A stretch of DNA of 63,327 nucleotides, counting the filler, from Octopus bimaculoides (Eukaryota), in the NCBI RefSeq assembly GCF_001194135.2. It is 4 parts of 3 records of this genome, joined end to end, with 100 filler letters (N's around TTAATTAATTAA, not from the genome) between each part and the next. Parts side by side here need not be neighbours in the genome. Positions count along the whole stretch, not along the records: positions 19,741 to 48,516 come from NC_068983.1; positions 48,617 to 59,794 come from NC_068987.1; 2 more parts are not named here. One strand, 5' to 3'. Every line of letters starts with the position of its first letter. Within the stretch, counting starts at the first letter, position 1. The notes beneath the pieces are model-generated. The model had not been told where the DNA came from and ran no database searches. It was given only the letters and a program-made list of their open reading frames with translations. A program made the position numbers and the translations under genes. This document shows positions 36,031 through 48,840 of this stretch, in pieces.

Positions 36031-37058
36031 CCCTTTCAAATTTTGGCACAAGGCTATCAGTTTTGGTGGAGGGATCATGTTGATTAAATTGGTCCCAGTG
36101 CTCAACTGGTATTTATTTTATTGACCCTGAAAGGATAAAAGGCAAAGTTAACTTTGGCAGAATTTGAACTCAGAATGTAGAGATGGATGAAATGCAACTA
36201 AGCATTTTGCCTGGCTTGCTAACAATTGTACCAGTTCACTGCTTTACATTAAAATATAAATAACAAAGAATAGTGTGAAACTTTAGTGTTAATGAAAAAT
36301 TTGAGAAATTCTTATGGGCAATAGATTATTGATAGACAAATTAATAAAAGGCCAAGTCTGATTTATTGTATGTAGTTTGCTATGTCACAATTTTCGATTT
36401 AATATGTGCCTATATGAATTTAGACTCTCATTCCTGCAGTCTAAATAGTTGTGCAGTGATATGACGAGCCAAAATAGAAATAGGTATTCATGATACCTGT
36501 AGTTATCTTGTAGTAGAAATCATAGAATGATTGGGTATTCTTAAAAGATTGACCTTAATTTAAAATGCTTGTAAATTATGAGATAATTATTTATAGATGC
36601 TATACTTTCAAAAGATACTTTTAGAATTTTCTCATACCAACATATTGAAAATACTTAAGTATTCCCCTAGCTAAAGATGATATTTCTGGACAGAATAGAA
36701 GGAAGCCTTATTCAGTTTATTTTAATATGGTAGGTTTAGTGAATTATATTATCATTGACTTGTGAATAAAATCTAAGAGAATGTTGTTGGTTAGTTCTAG
36801 TTAGTGTAGTCAAAATTGATTCTTAGAAGGAAGATAAAAAAAAAATAAATACTTAAAAATTATTCTCAAATTTTCAGTGCCAGATATGGTCTGTTGAGAC
36901 TTATTTTTCCAGTACTTTCAGAATGCAAAGCTGAGCCATTTCAGCAGAATTCAGTCCTAAAAATTTCAGCTTTAGAAATTTCATTTACCATTCAGCTTAG
37001 TAAGTTAGCTTTACTTTATGAATTTGTATATTAGTAATCTTTTTGAGAATAGGAAATA

Positions 37059-37230
37059 ATCTATTTGCCAACATAAATTGGCAGTCCTGATTAGGACGAT
37101 GTTACTACCTTTTTTTTTAGTCCCAGTTGTGTGTCAGTAGCCAGTTGGAAAAGATGTTTTCCTGGGGCTAAAAAAAAAAGGTTGTAACATCGTCCTAATC
37201 AGGACTGCCAATTTACATTGGCAAACAGAT
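37059..37230. repeat. Fold-back (MITE-like) element with about 65-bp inverted arms
   Basis: atctatttgccaacataaattggcagtcctgattaggacgatgttact..tttttttttagtcccag vs ctggggctaaaaaaaaaaggttgtaacatcgtcctaatcaggactgccaatttacattggcaaacagat. A diverged partial duplicate with flank is at about 37478-37640. Confidence 0.85.
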
Positions 37231-38085
37231 TTTACTCTGTAGTACTGTTACTACTTACTTCTCGCTCAGAGATTTAAAACTAATTGTTTTCCTCTTTATG
37301 AGATCAGTGACTGTGTGTCACTTTAAAAGTATATACCTCAAGCAAGGCCTAATGCTGCCATCTCTAGCCAACGGTTATCCTGTGCTGATGAAGAGAAATA
37401 ACCCAGAAACCATGGTCCACAGGTACCGTGTAAGGCTGAGTGGGGACATTAGCTTCCTTGTTCGAGGTATAAGGATGCAGTTGTGCATCAGTAGTCAGCT
37501 AGAAAAGATATTTTCCTGGTGCTAAAAAGAAAGTAGTAACATTATTCTAATCAGGACTGCCAATTTACGTTGGCATATTACTCTGTAGTACTGTTACTAC
37601 GAACTTCTCGCTCAGAGATTTAAAACTGATTGTTTTCCTTTTTAAAATAAATAATAATAGAATAATCATTTCTACTATGGACACAAGGCCTGAAATTTTG
37701 GAGAAGGGACCTAGCCAATTACATTGCCCCCAAACCAATGCTTAGCCGATACTTATTTCATAGACTCCAAAAGGATGAAAGGCAAAGTCAACCTTGGTAG
37801 AATTTGAACTCAGAATGTGTGCTAATGATTCTGCAAACTCACCGTCTTATAAATAAATAATATATTAAACCGTAGTACACAGCTGGTACTTAATTTATCG
37901 ACCCCGAAAGGATGAAAGCTGACCTCGGCGTAATTTTAACTCAGAACGTAGTGACAAATGAAGTACTGCTAAGCATTTTGCGTGGCATGCATTCGATTCT
38001 GCCAGCTCACCACCTTAATAATAATAATAATCCTTTCTACTAGAGGCATAATTTGTTGGGAGGGGACTAGTTGATNNNNNNNNNN

Positions 38086-38193
<108 letters not shown>

Positions 38194-38499
38194 GGATTAA
38201 AGATGGATTATATGGATTGAAAGGGTGTTGTGGAGAACAAAATGAAGGTTTTATAAAAATTATTGGTGTATATTTAAATAATATAAAACTCGGGGTTTGT
38301 TTTAAAGTAGTAATGAAACTAGGAAGTAGACAGAAAGTTTGTCAAATGGTCAGCAAATTCTTCAACTTGAATTGTTCTGAGTAAAAGTGGAGCTTAATCT
38401 CTTGTTTCTATTTGAAGTTTGATCAGTGTATAAAGGCATTTATTGTAAAGAAATATAATCTACTGAATAATTTAAGTAATTTTTTTTTTTTTAACTTCA

Positions 38500-41400
38500 C
38501 AGAAGAAATTAAATTAATAGCATTAACAATTAAGAGATAAAGTCCATGATGAAATATTTACCAAGAGAGAAGTATTTAAGGCTAACGGATTAAAACGAGA
38601 GAGTTGTTCAAACCGAAGAAAATTTGTAACGATTTACCGGGCACTGGAGGGTGGTCGGTGGCACCCACACCCACAAATGCAATGACATTATAATTTAATT
38701 GCATTATAATTTAATAAATACTTTTTTAAAAATTGTATTTATTTACTGTTAATATAAGATCAATTTGAAATATATACCAGTTTCTTCTAAACATTGAAAA
38801 CCTTTTACACATTTTAGTAGTTCTAAATTGATAACTGGAGTTGAACCCTCATCGTTCACTTTCATTTCTTGTGCAAAGAAGTGGGTGTCGTGAAAACTTG
38901 TGGTACTAAGACAAATTAAAACCCTCTCTACATAAATACTCGTGTTATAATGTAACAATGATGTTGTCAGCCAGTCTCCATTGTTTTAAATAATAATATA
39001 AGTTTATTTATACAAGTTTACTTTAGACAATACAATCTTAAGACTTTTGTACATTTTCTGCCTGTTTATTAACAGGACATTTTAATTTGAACATGGGTAT
39101 TGTGATATCCTGTTTCAGCATTTATGTCATACAACCGGTTGTAATAGTAAACAATAAAACATCTTATTGTCTACTTCCATAAATAATCCTCCCTCTTCAA
39201 CTGATTATAGATTCATTCTTTCTATGATTTGCGGAAAGAAAATAAGTCGGGTTATTATGTGAGTCATGGATGGAGGTATTACTTATGTTTGGTTGTATAA
39301 ATCGGTTTGTTTACAGTTTTAGTTGGGATCATGGCCGATTTCATTTGTAACATTAAAAACCGACTGTTATTCCCAGCTTGGTGATAAAATGTGTTCCATT
39401 AAAAGAAAAAACAAAAAAAACTTTTGTAAATTTTACAAGTCTTTGTTGTTTAATTTAGCCTACCAGGTCTGCCTTTTTTTTTTCAGATATACTGAGGACT
39501 CCAGACATTTAAAACATTTTTCTGACAGATTTGGCTGCTATTTTTTTAGTAGTGATTCGCAATACTATTGTTGCTTTATTAAATGTTCACGTCTTTAAGG
39601 AACTGAAAGAAAATATGGACACCTCGCAATCTTTTAATTCACATAGTTGCTATTAGAAAGAATGGTGCAACAAGTGGTGATGTTACTGTACTGATCACAA
39701 ACAAACCCTTTTTTTTTCTAATTAAAAGACTTCACCTTTCTTTAAGTCTTGCTCAGTAATGTAGAGTCTCTAGTTGAAGTTTAAATTTATACGAAGCCGT
39801 GAAATGAAAATACACACTTAAATATAGCAAGAAAATCGTCTTGAATATTGATTAATTTCGTCTGAACAGAAGACTGAAGTTTGTTAATAGTGAACGTGTA
39901 ATCGATCGAACCGAAACTTATTTTATCGATCCGGAAGGATGAAATGCAAAGTTGACCCTAACAAAACTTGAATTCGTAATTGAGTTCAGAACTGTTAAGG
40001 ATTTTTAGGCTGACAGTCTACTAATATGGACAACCTCCGAATCGTGAATATTGGTGCGTTTTGATAAGGTACAAAGCAAATTTTTAAAGGAGATGTACAG
40101 CCGATGTTATCGATCTCAGTAACTAATTGATATTTATTTTATCGATCCTTAGGTAATGAAGGTAAAGTTGTTCTGGTAGGATTTGAACCCGGGACCTAGT
40201 GGGTAGAATCTAAATATTACTATTATGTATTTAGTCATCTTTCTAATGACTCAGTCACTTCTATCGCCTGCTACACCGCTAATGGTTAATCATTACTGAC
40301 ATCAGCCATTTTTTTTTTATAAACGAATTTGTCGTAACTTTTAATAGCATTATCATTCCTCGTAATTCATTACTTGTTTCTTGCATTAAGATGAAATGTG
40401 AACATTTTTTGTGAATTTCTACGATTATCCGATATTAAGGCGTCTTTTATAAGGTAAACGGAAATAGAATCAGAAGGGAAAAGCGACAGAAAAAGCCACA
40501 ATTCTGGTTAGGTAGAAAAGTTACAGGAAAAAAAAAATGGTTTTGTTTTTCAGAATTAAAAAAAACAAACATAAATAATAATTAACTTAAGCTAATATTT
40601 TGAGCAGTTTATTAACCACCAGTTCACGTATGTAATAACTTGTATGTAATAACAAATTTTATATAATGGCATTACATGTTTGTGGAAAATATCGCGTTTC
40701 GTTTAATATCTTAAATAAAATAACGAAACTAACAAAACCATTAAAACAAAAGCTTATTGAAGCCTTCTTGTGACTTTTGCCCTGGATTCCTTTTAAAGGG
40801 TATAAAAATGTAAACGAATGGAAATGGCTCCCACCAGAATTCGAACCTGGATAGCAAACAAAGCCGCCTTCCCCAGAGGCTTTTGTTGTAACGATTTGTT
40901 TTTCTTTTCCTTCATCGAACCTATGTTAAATAACACAGACGGTATAACATTTTTCCCGATCATTATCTCATTGAGATTTTTAAACTATTGTAAACCAAAT
41001 GAAAGTATCTTCCCCTTTTTTTTTAATAACTGAAATATACCGGCATAAAGATTATTACGTTTGTATATCGATTTAAAAGGTTTAAATAAACAATTGTAAT
41101 TTTAATCTGAACACCTTGAGGAAAATTTACAAAACGGGAAATAATAGTCCTCAAATCTTTAATACACAATATTTAATTTTATAAAATAGAGAAACTATCC
41201 CTATAAACACGATAAGCTATTAGCACGGTGTCTAATATTGTACTATTAGCAAGGGGAAATAATGATTACATAGGAAATACACGCTATGTTTGTTACCTCC
41301 CTTAGATTATACCTCTCTACCTATTTTCATTAAACTTCGGGAACTTTGATGGCGCGAGTTTTCCATACTGTTGTCGGTAAGAATGCTTTTAACTCTTAAA

Positions 41401-42183
41401 AAATTCCTTAGTTATATAGTCAGTATCATCTTCCATGGTTTGTTTATCTATTATTGATTATACCGGTTTGCAGTTCGTTCGATACGATCAGCTCTTGGGT
41501 GTCTTTTAGTTCGGTTCTGTTGTTTACAACCAGCAGTAGTTAGACGTCTACACTAAATGACTGTCACTGGCCAAGCTTTTCTTATCTTCCACCTTTCTTC
41601 TTTTGACCTAGGCTTCTTCCGTCTTTAAATTTCCCCCTTTTCAATCCTTTATTGATGTTATGATTTACATTACAATTACATGCATTTAACATCTTCCAAT
41701 ACTTTGGTTTTTTAAATATACCATCATATTGATTTCTTTTTTTCCACTTCCACTAATATAATCCGTAAAAAAAAAAGTGCTGCCCCCTGTTGTGTCTGTA
41801 TTTGTATGTGTATATATATATATATATGTATATATACACACACATATACATGTTTGTGTTTGTTTATATGCATATTTTATTGAGTTGTCTCGCACTGAGT
41901 CATGTGTTGTCTAATATTTCTATTCTTCCTGTATATAAAGCTCGTTAGAGTGTTACCAAATATTAATAGTTTTCTGTAATAAGCGTTCTACATTCTTTCT
42001 GTACATCTCGTTTATTATAAAAATATTTGTATTAATCACGTGGCATGTTAAAGGTTTTATAAAGTTAATTTTACTGTTATATACACGTATAATAATCTAT
42101 TTTTTTTTTGCCGATCGACTATTGTGCATGTCTAAGCTGTTAATGTCTATCGTATCTAATTGGATGTTTTATGAGAGCAGTGC

Positions 42184-42217
<34 letters not shown>

Positions 42218-42460
42218 TGACAGACTCGATGTTTCAGCGGTTTTCATGGCCTATGTCTTGAGTAAGCATGACACACACACAAACACTTAAATTTGTGTGT
42301 TTGTGTAAAGTGTGTGCGTGTGTTTGTACTCGCGTGCTCTGTCTCAAATACTAATTACTTATTCAGCTCTAGTAGTTTTTCTTTGTATATTTATTCATAC
42401 TGCTATTGCTGTTCACTTCCTCCCTCCGTCACAATAATTACACAACTAATTTCCGCCTCT

Positions 42461-42505
<45 letters not shown>

Positions 42506-42669
42506 TATATATGTGTGTGTGTATATATATATATGTGTGTGTGTGTATATATATATATGTGTGTGTGTATATATATATATGTATGTGTATGTATGTATAT
42601 TTATGTATATATAAAATGTATATATATATGTGTATGTATGTATATTTATATGTGTGTATGTATATCATT

Positions 42670-42700
<31 letters not shown>

Positions 42701-42750
42701 GTGCGTGTGTTTGTATATATATTATATTTATGTATATATGTGTGTGTATA

Positions 42751-42848
<98 letters not shown>

Positions 42849-43334
42849 TATATAAACACGCACAAAATAGTTATAATGTATTTAATGCCTACATGTGTGT
42901 GAATGTATATTGTGTATATACACGTACACCAAATAGATGCATGGAATATTTATATAATGCTTTGAACATATATTTTCTATTTAGAATTATAATTTTAATC
43001 AAATTTCACTTCGTAATAAAATGAAAATTTATATTTAATTAGAGATTTCTGTTTTGCATTATGATGGGAAAGGGCTTATTTGTTATAAAAAGGAAAAAAA
43101 AAAAAAAGAAAAAAGCAAATTAGAAAAGACAACAACATGGAAATATAGCCATTTTCTCATAAGCTATCTGTATAGCGATGGCTTTTATGAATAAAAACAA
43201 CAGCAGAATCCATATTGTTTAGGGTACCTTTAACTTTTTAACATATCCTATATTCTCGTAACTTTTTCTCGTCCGAATCAAACTAGTTATTTATTGATAT
43301 AACCATAAAAATCTTTATTTAGATNNNNNNNNNN

Positions 43335-43368
<34 letters not shown>

Positions 43369-43800
43369 AAGAATAAAAAAAAAAGGAAGGTTTTCTTTTC
43401 GTAAAACATTTCTCGGGTCATGTATTTTTTAAAGAGTAGGAAATTTCTTTCTATCCTGATCCCATTAACAAAGAGGTTTTTATTTGTTTATTTAGGCCAC
43501 ATCCTGTAGATGCCGATCTTTCATTTTAACTTTGACGCAAAGGTAGGTGTGAATGTTTTTTTCTTTTTGTTCCCTCGTTTCCTTTCTCCTTGAAAGTATA
43601 GAGACGCCAAAATGAATTTCGACATGAATCGAACTCGAAACCATGAATAGTTCGTTGTCTGCTAAATTCTGAGCCACCGCCCATCCATTGATAAAAGCGG
43701 AATGTCAGCTCTCTCTCTCCCCTGAGGACTAACTTCAACTGGATGTGAGATATTTAATAAGAACATTAGTTTCGTAGCTCCTCAGTACACCTATCTGAAC
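38500..43800. promoter_or_regulatory. CpG-retaining block, candidate promoter/unmethylated region
   Basis: Hand count of about 28 CG in 39781-40500 vs 0 CG in 44101-44820. E2F/YY1-like gatggcgcgag at about 41348 followed by a donor g|gtaaga at 41376/41377. Confidence 0.4.
42440..42860. repeat. Compound (TA)n/(TG)n/(TATG)n microsatellite
   Basis: Direct reading; source of the YIYI/CVCV pseudo-ORFs. Confidence 0.95.
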
Positions 43801-46800
43801 ATTAAAAAGATTAGATATACTTTGTTCTCTTAGAATATGTTGTATAAATTCTTTGTATAAATGTTGCGATAGTGAAATGTCAACACTATTCCCGGTACCA
43901 AACTTTCGCGAACCCTTTCATCTGTTTTGTAGAATTTTGATTCCTTCTTTGTTCTCCAGTTTTTTTTTAAAGTTCCAGAACCGAATGTTTTCAGTTCATA
44001 ATCTTTTTTCCTATACTTACTTCCTTGTTTTAAATAAACCTATACCGTATATAGTCTCTTGTCTGTTAACGTTTCATTTGATTTCTTGTAACTTTAAATT
44101 TTCAATAAAAGCTACCATCATTACATCCTGTTCTTTAACCTTCAGATTTTTCTGCATTAGCAAATATATTTCTTATTCAAGATACAACTTTTATCATTTG
44201 TCTTTTAGTCTGGTTATATTCTGAAGCTTTCAAGTGCTTATTACAAATATACTTTGTCACCTTTTCATTTATAGTAACTCATCCTTTTTTTGTTACCCTT
44301 TTCTGTTTCAAATGAAATTTTAGTTGTACTGCTTCTCTGTTGAATGCACTGCAAAACTGCTTTTGGTATTTTATTTCTTTATGCCAGTGAATTTTCCAGC
44401 ATTGTTTATTTTAATTCTTAAATAAATCTTTTCAGTTTGAGCAATTTATTATTACACATCAATGAAAATTGTCTATTCATTCTGACTAGCTTATATATTT
44501 ATTTCTGAATTAAGTTTTAATTTAGTATATCTTAATATATTGATATTGCCTTGTTATGGTTAGTATAGTAGTGTAATATTTGAAAAGATAGCAATGTCTT
44601 GAGTCTTTCTGAAATTATTATAGTCCACTTAGATTTTACTTGTATGCTGAAAGGATCTATATTACTCATTAATGAACATAGAAAAAAGTGAGCCTAGGAT
44701 TTGAGATTTCTTAAATTATACTTCAAAAGAAATCTCATTATGGATTAAGAAGATTAAAACATGTTAGGAGTCATGAAAATCTTAAAGTAATATAAAATTT
44801 CATGACTCATTGATTGAATTTTATACATTTGCCATGTAATGTTCCTACCTCCCAGAGTTAGATTATGCAGTTTTTGTATACATAACAGATTATGCAGTTT
44901 TTGTACACTTTGTGCCTACATCAGCGTATGGTATGGAGGACATTTTACTCTCATTGAGAACATAGTAATCTCTCCAGCACTATTGTCACAATAAAATATA
45001 CCCTGTGCAATCTGTGAAGTAGTTCGTGTCAGGAAGGGTATACAGCCATAAAACCCTTGTCAAAATGGGAATGTACAAGTGAGATGTAGTCCTGAATTAT
45101 CTAACTTCAAATTAGGAATGACTTGGACCATGAAGACCTGTTCAACTCCAGCCGGTATGGAAATCGTTTGCAAAATGATGATGATATACACATAGATTAG
45201 GGTTGCAGCAAGTGTCATAAGATTTTTAGCTTTGTGCCAGTTTTATTTCCTGTTCTTAATTGTATGCTAATGAGGCCAGGTTTGTTGTTTTGATTGATCC
45301 ATTTTGTCATGCATGGAGTTAGTATGACCTACTGTAAGTCTTTGCTGTCACTTTTGATTTATGTAGAGCATCGGTTCTCTACCATTTTTTTTTTTACCTC
45401 CAGATCCCCTTTGATTCCTGTTTTACTTGGGTAGACTCTTGTATCGATTGATATTTGAAAAATCCTATTATATTTTTATGCTTAAATATTATTAGGAATT
45501 GTATCAAAAATTGTTTAAATATTCTGTGTGTTGTAGACGTATAAATCAATTTATTGCATGTAACCTTTAACAAAATCTTATATAGACCCCCGCATGGGTC
45601 ATATGGTCCATGGCTGAGAACCACTAATGTAGAGCAGGAAAGATTGTAGTTGAATTGGGTAAAGTAGACTTTTATGTGAGTAGAGGGGGTGATTTGACCT
45701 GGCAACTATTTCGTTAGCAGGTTGAGCAACCATGTAATTAATTCCCTCATTGGTTTGCCTCAAGATTTAATTAAATAGGTCATCAGGCTAGTACTTTTTT
45801 TCAATCTGTAGAGGAAATTGATGTGATGACTATTTTACTATGTATGTTTTGTTTGTCTGGTTCCTGAATAGTGGTGTAATAGTGTTCTGTTTTCAAGCAA
45901 TCGTATAATTAATGATGTGTAAGATGGAAAAAACTGTGGCAACAAATTGTACCTCTTACAGATGGTCTTTGAATTTTATTAATCTGCTTTTTTTTTCTTT
46001 TTCTTTGTGATGGATGTGGTGTGTTAGAATGTTAGGAATATTGTTTTGAATAGTATGTAGTTTGTATTAATTCAAACTTGGTATAGTTCATGTGGCAACA
46101 AAAGATCTGTTTTTAAATGTATCTTGATTTTCTTAGGTTTTACTCTATACGTGTTGTTTTATTATTGCAGTGTGTTAATGTAAATGACATTGATATGTTG
46201 TGATTCTTAGAAATGTGGTACCTTGAGTCGTAGTGACAATGTTCAGTGCAGTGTGGTGCAGAATTCATATGTAAATGGTATGCATTTGTTTAGTGTAACT
46301 AATCACTTTATATGAAGCTAGCATATGAGGTCTTAAATTGGAGTTAGTAATTATGGGATACTATTAGTTGGATTTCATATCCAAATGACTATACTCAGAA
46401 ACTAGGATGTGTCCTGTTACTGGTGTGATTTGAGAACATCAGCTTCGACTGTTGGTCACATTGCTCATTTTGGATCCTGCATACCCTGTCCTCTTTGTTG
46501 TGAGTTCATAAGATATATGTAGCTTCTATAAACATAGAAATAGAATAAGTTGTTCTGAGGATGCAGTGGGGTGATGACCACATGCCTCATGATCACAATA
46601 GATGAGGAAGTATCTTGCAGAGATAGGGACTGACTAGGACACTGCTTAGAGGGTTGCCTGAGACAAATCAAGAAGATCTACCAAATAATGGATGCAACGA
46701 TGTGCTGCAGTGGCACATACTCCATACCTGACCTGACCTGTGTAATATGGGATGATGTTATTGTAATGACAGGAGGTTGAGAGTTATTCATACAGAAGCT

Positions 46801-47896
46801 CCAGATGATGCATCCTTGCATGTATTTCTTTCTGAACTGTGTTTAAAGATCAGGGATCTATGAAGTTTAATTGGGGTATGTAAGGCCTGGAGTCCTGAGA
46901 CTTAGTTATTCAGTAATCAGATGTGGTGGTTTAGGGAATGTAAAGTTTTACTAATGTTACTTAAAACATGTCATTTTAATCTTTCTCTGTTTGTAAGTTT
47001 ATAGAAGCTACATGTACCTTACGAGCTCATACTGACATGTGTGCATGCCCACATGCACATGCACAACTAATAGTTTAAACCCTGCTATTGGCATTGAGTG
47101 ATAACTGTTTTGTGTTGGCACCAGAAAGTATAGGTTGGCAGTTCCATTATACATAATTGAAAATAATTCAAATCAATTAACATAATAACTATATAATGAC
47201 TTCAGTTCATTTTCATATTTCCTGATAAACATTCGACACCTGAAATTTGAGCTGTTATTTAAGGAGGTGGGAGGTCATGTAGTGTAACTATTACTGCATT
47301 GGGCTTAATACCATGTGTCTATTTCGAAGTTGGTAGAGCAGTCTGGAAGGGCCCATGTTGAAAAGCGGAAGCATTGTTGTAGAATAAATAATTGATGCAT
47401 AATCTTATAATTTTGAATTTGAGTCTGCCAGTGTAATGCACCAAAATACAAAACACAGCCTTACTTTCTCAGTATTATTTCGAGTTGGAATTGAAATTAA
47501 ATGATTTAAAGTGTAGCTTCTTAGAAGTGTTAATTTACTAAATTTAAAAAAAGCTTCATGGAATTATTGAATCTCTATTGACACCATAACTTTCTAGCTA
47601 TGGAGGTACATAGCGTCTTCACACCTGTTAATCATTTCATGAGATATAATTAGCATACAGTTTATTAGCAGAGGCCATATCTCTTTAGGTATGGTCATGG
47701 TATGATTTGAACTCAAGACTGCAAACTAACCAAATACTCAAATAATCAACACAAAGCCTATGCATGTTCACTTTATCTGCTTTAAAATAGTAACCGTATA
47801 TATTTGATGTCAAACCTTACTATCTTAGAAAAGAGGACACGTCAGATAATACAGTCATTACCTCATACATTATATGTATATATATGTGTGTGTATG

Positions 47897-47940
<44 letters not shown>

Positions 47941-48414
47941 TGTATGTGCAGGTGAAAGTATGGCAGTTTGGTAAAAAAAATTCACTTTGCAAACCATGTA
48001 GTTTTGGGTTCAGTCCCACTGTGCAGCACCATGGGCAAGTGTCGTCTGCTATGGCTTGGTCACATCCTTGTGAATAATTTTGGTCCTAGTCTTGACATTG
48101 TATAGTGCTAAGTGTAGACAAACATCTCTGTCATACAAGGGGTGTAGTGTTGTTTGAAATCCCTAAAATCATTTTACTAAGAGACAAGTGAGTGTTAGTG
48201 AAAAGAAGAGCACCACAGTTTGGAAAAATTTACCTAAAAATGATGCTGATTGCTATATATATATATATATATATATAGTATATTTCGCATGCAATATTCT
48301 TGATGTGGATACGTGTGTTGAAAGAAATACAATTAAACCTTGGGAGAGGCATTATGCCGGTAATAAACACACGCACTGGTTCAGTCCTTTATTAATTTAT
48401 ATATATATATATAT

Positions 48415-48516
48415 ACCGGAGTAAGCACATGAAATGTGCAACAAGGTGGAAAAAAGAGTACTCAAATACCAGAGGTAGAGTAATATGCTTTATTTAAAAG
48501 CAGCAGAAATATAACA
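48415..48516. mobile_element. Probable repeat terminus truncated by the scaffold join
   Basis: Follows (TA)n and ends at the N44 linker. Unrelated in sequence to the repeat that starts after the linker. Family assignment (Penelope-like) is a guess. Confidence 0.3.
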
Positions 48517-48616
48517 NNNNNNNNNNNNNNNNNNNNNNNNNNNNNNNNNNNNNNNNNNNNTTAATTAATTAANNNNNNNNNNNNNNNNNNNNNNNNNNNN
48601 NNNNNNNNNNNNNNNN
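48517..48616. other. Artificial scaffold join N44-TTAATTAATTAA-N44
   Basis: Same 100-bp construct as 19641-19740. Confidence 0.95.
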
Positions 48617-48807
48617 GATTGACCGTTGACTGAACACTATTCAATTTTTTTTCTCCGTGTTTTTCTCCTTGTCTCCGTATTCTTTCTGTTGAAGAGCGTA
48701 GCTCGAAACGTCAAAGACTTTCCGTATTCCCGAGCGTCATACTAATATATACTTTTGTTATTTACACCACCTGTCCTCGTCTGTTGTTATTTTTTGTATA
48801 TTCTCCC
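48617..48807 (+). mobile_element. Penelope-like terminal repeat, inverted twin of 19285-19475
   Basis: 191 bp, reverse complement identical by eye, followed by (TA)n. Confidence 0.65.
48681..48717 (+). ncRNA. Minimal type I hammerhead motif, variant core (CUGUUGA)
   Basis: tcttt CTGTTGA A GAGC gta GCTC GAAAC GTC aaaga. Confidence 0.65.

Positions 48808-48840
<33 letters not shown>

Noticed and set aside
42293-43024. 243-aa ORF and overlapping YIYI/CVCV ORFs
   Set aside because: Translation of (TA)n/(TG)n microsatellites, which lack stop codons.
44860-44905. 27-bp tandem duplication agattatgcagtttttgta
   Set aside because: Ordinary slippage duplication with no further structure.
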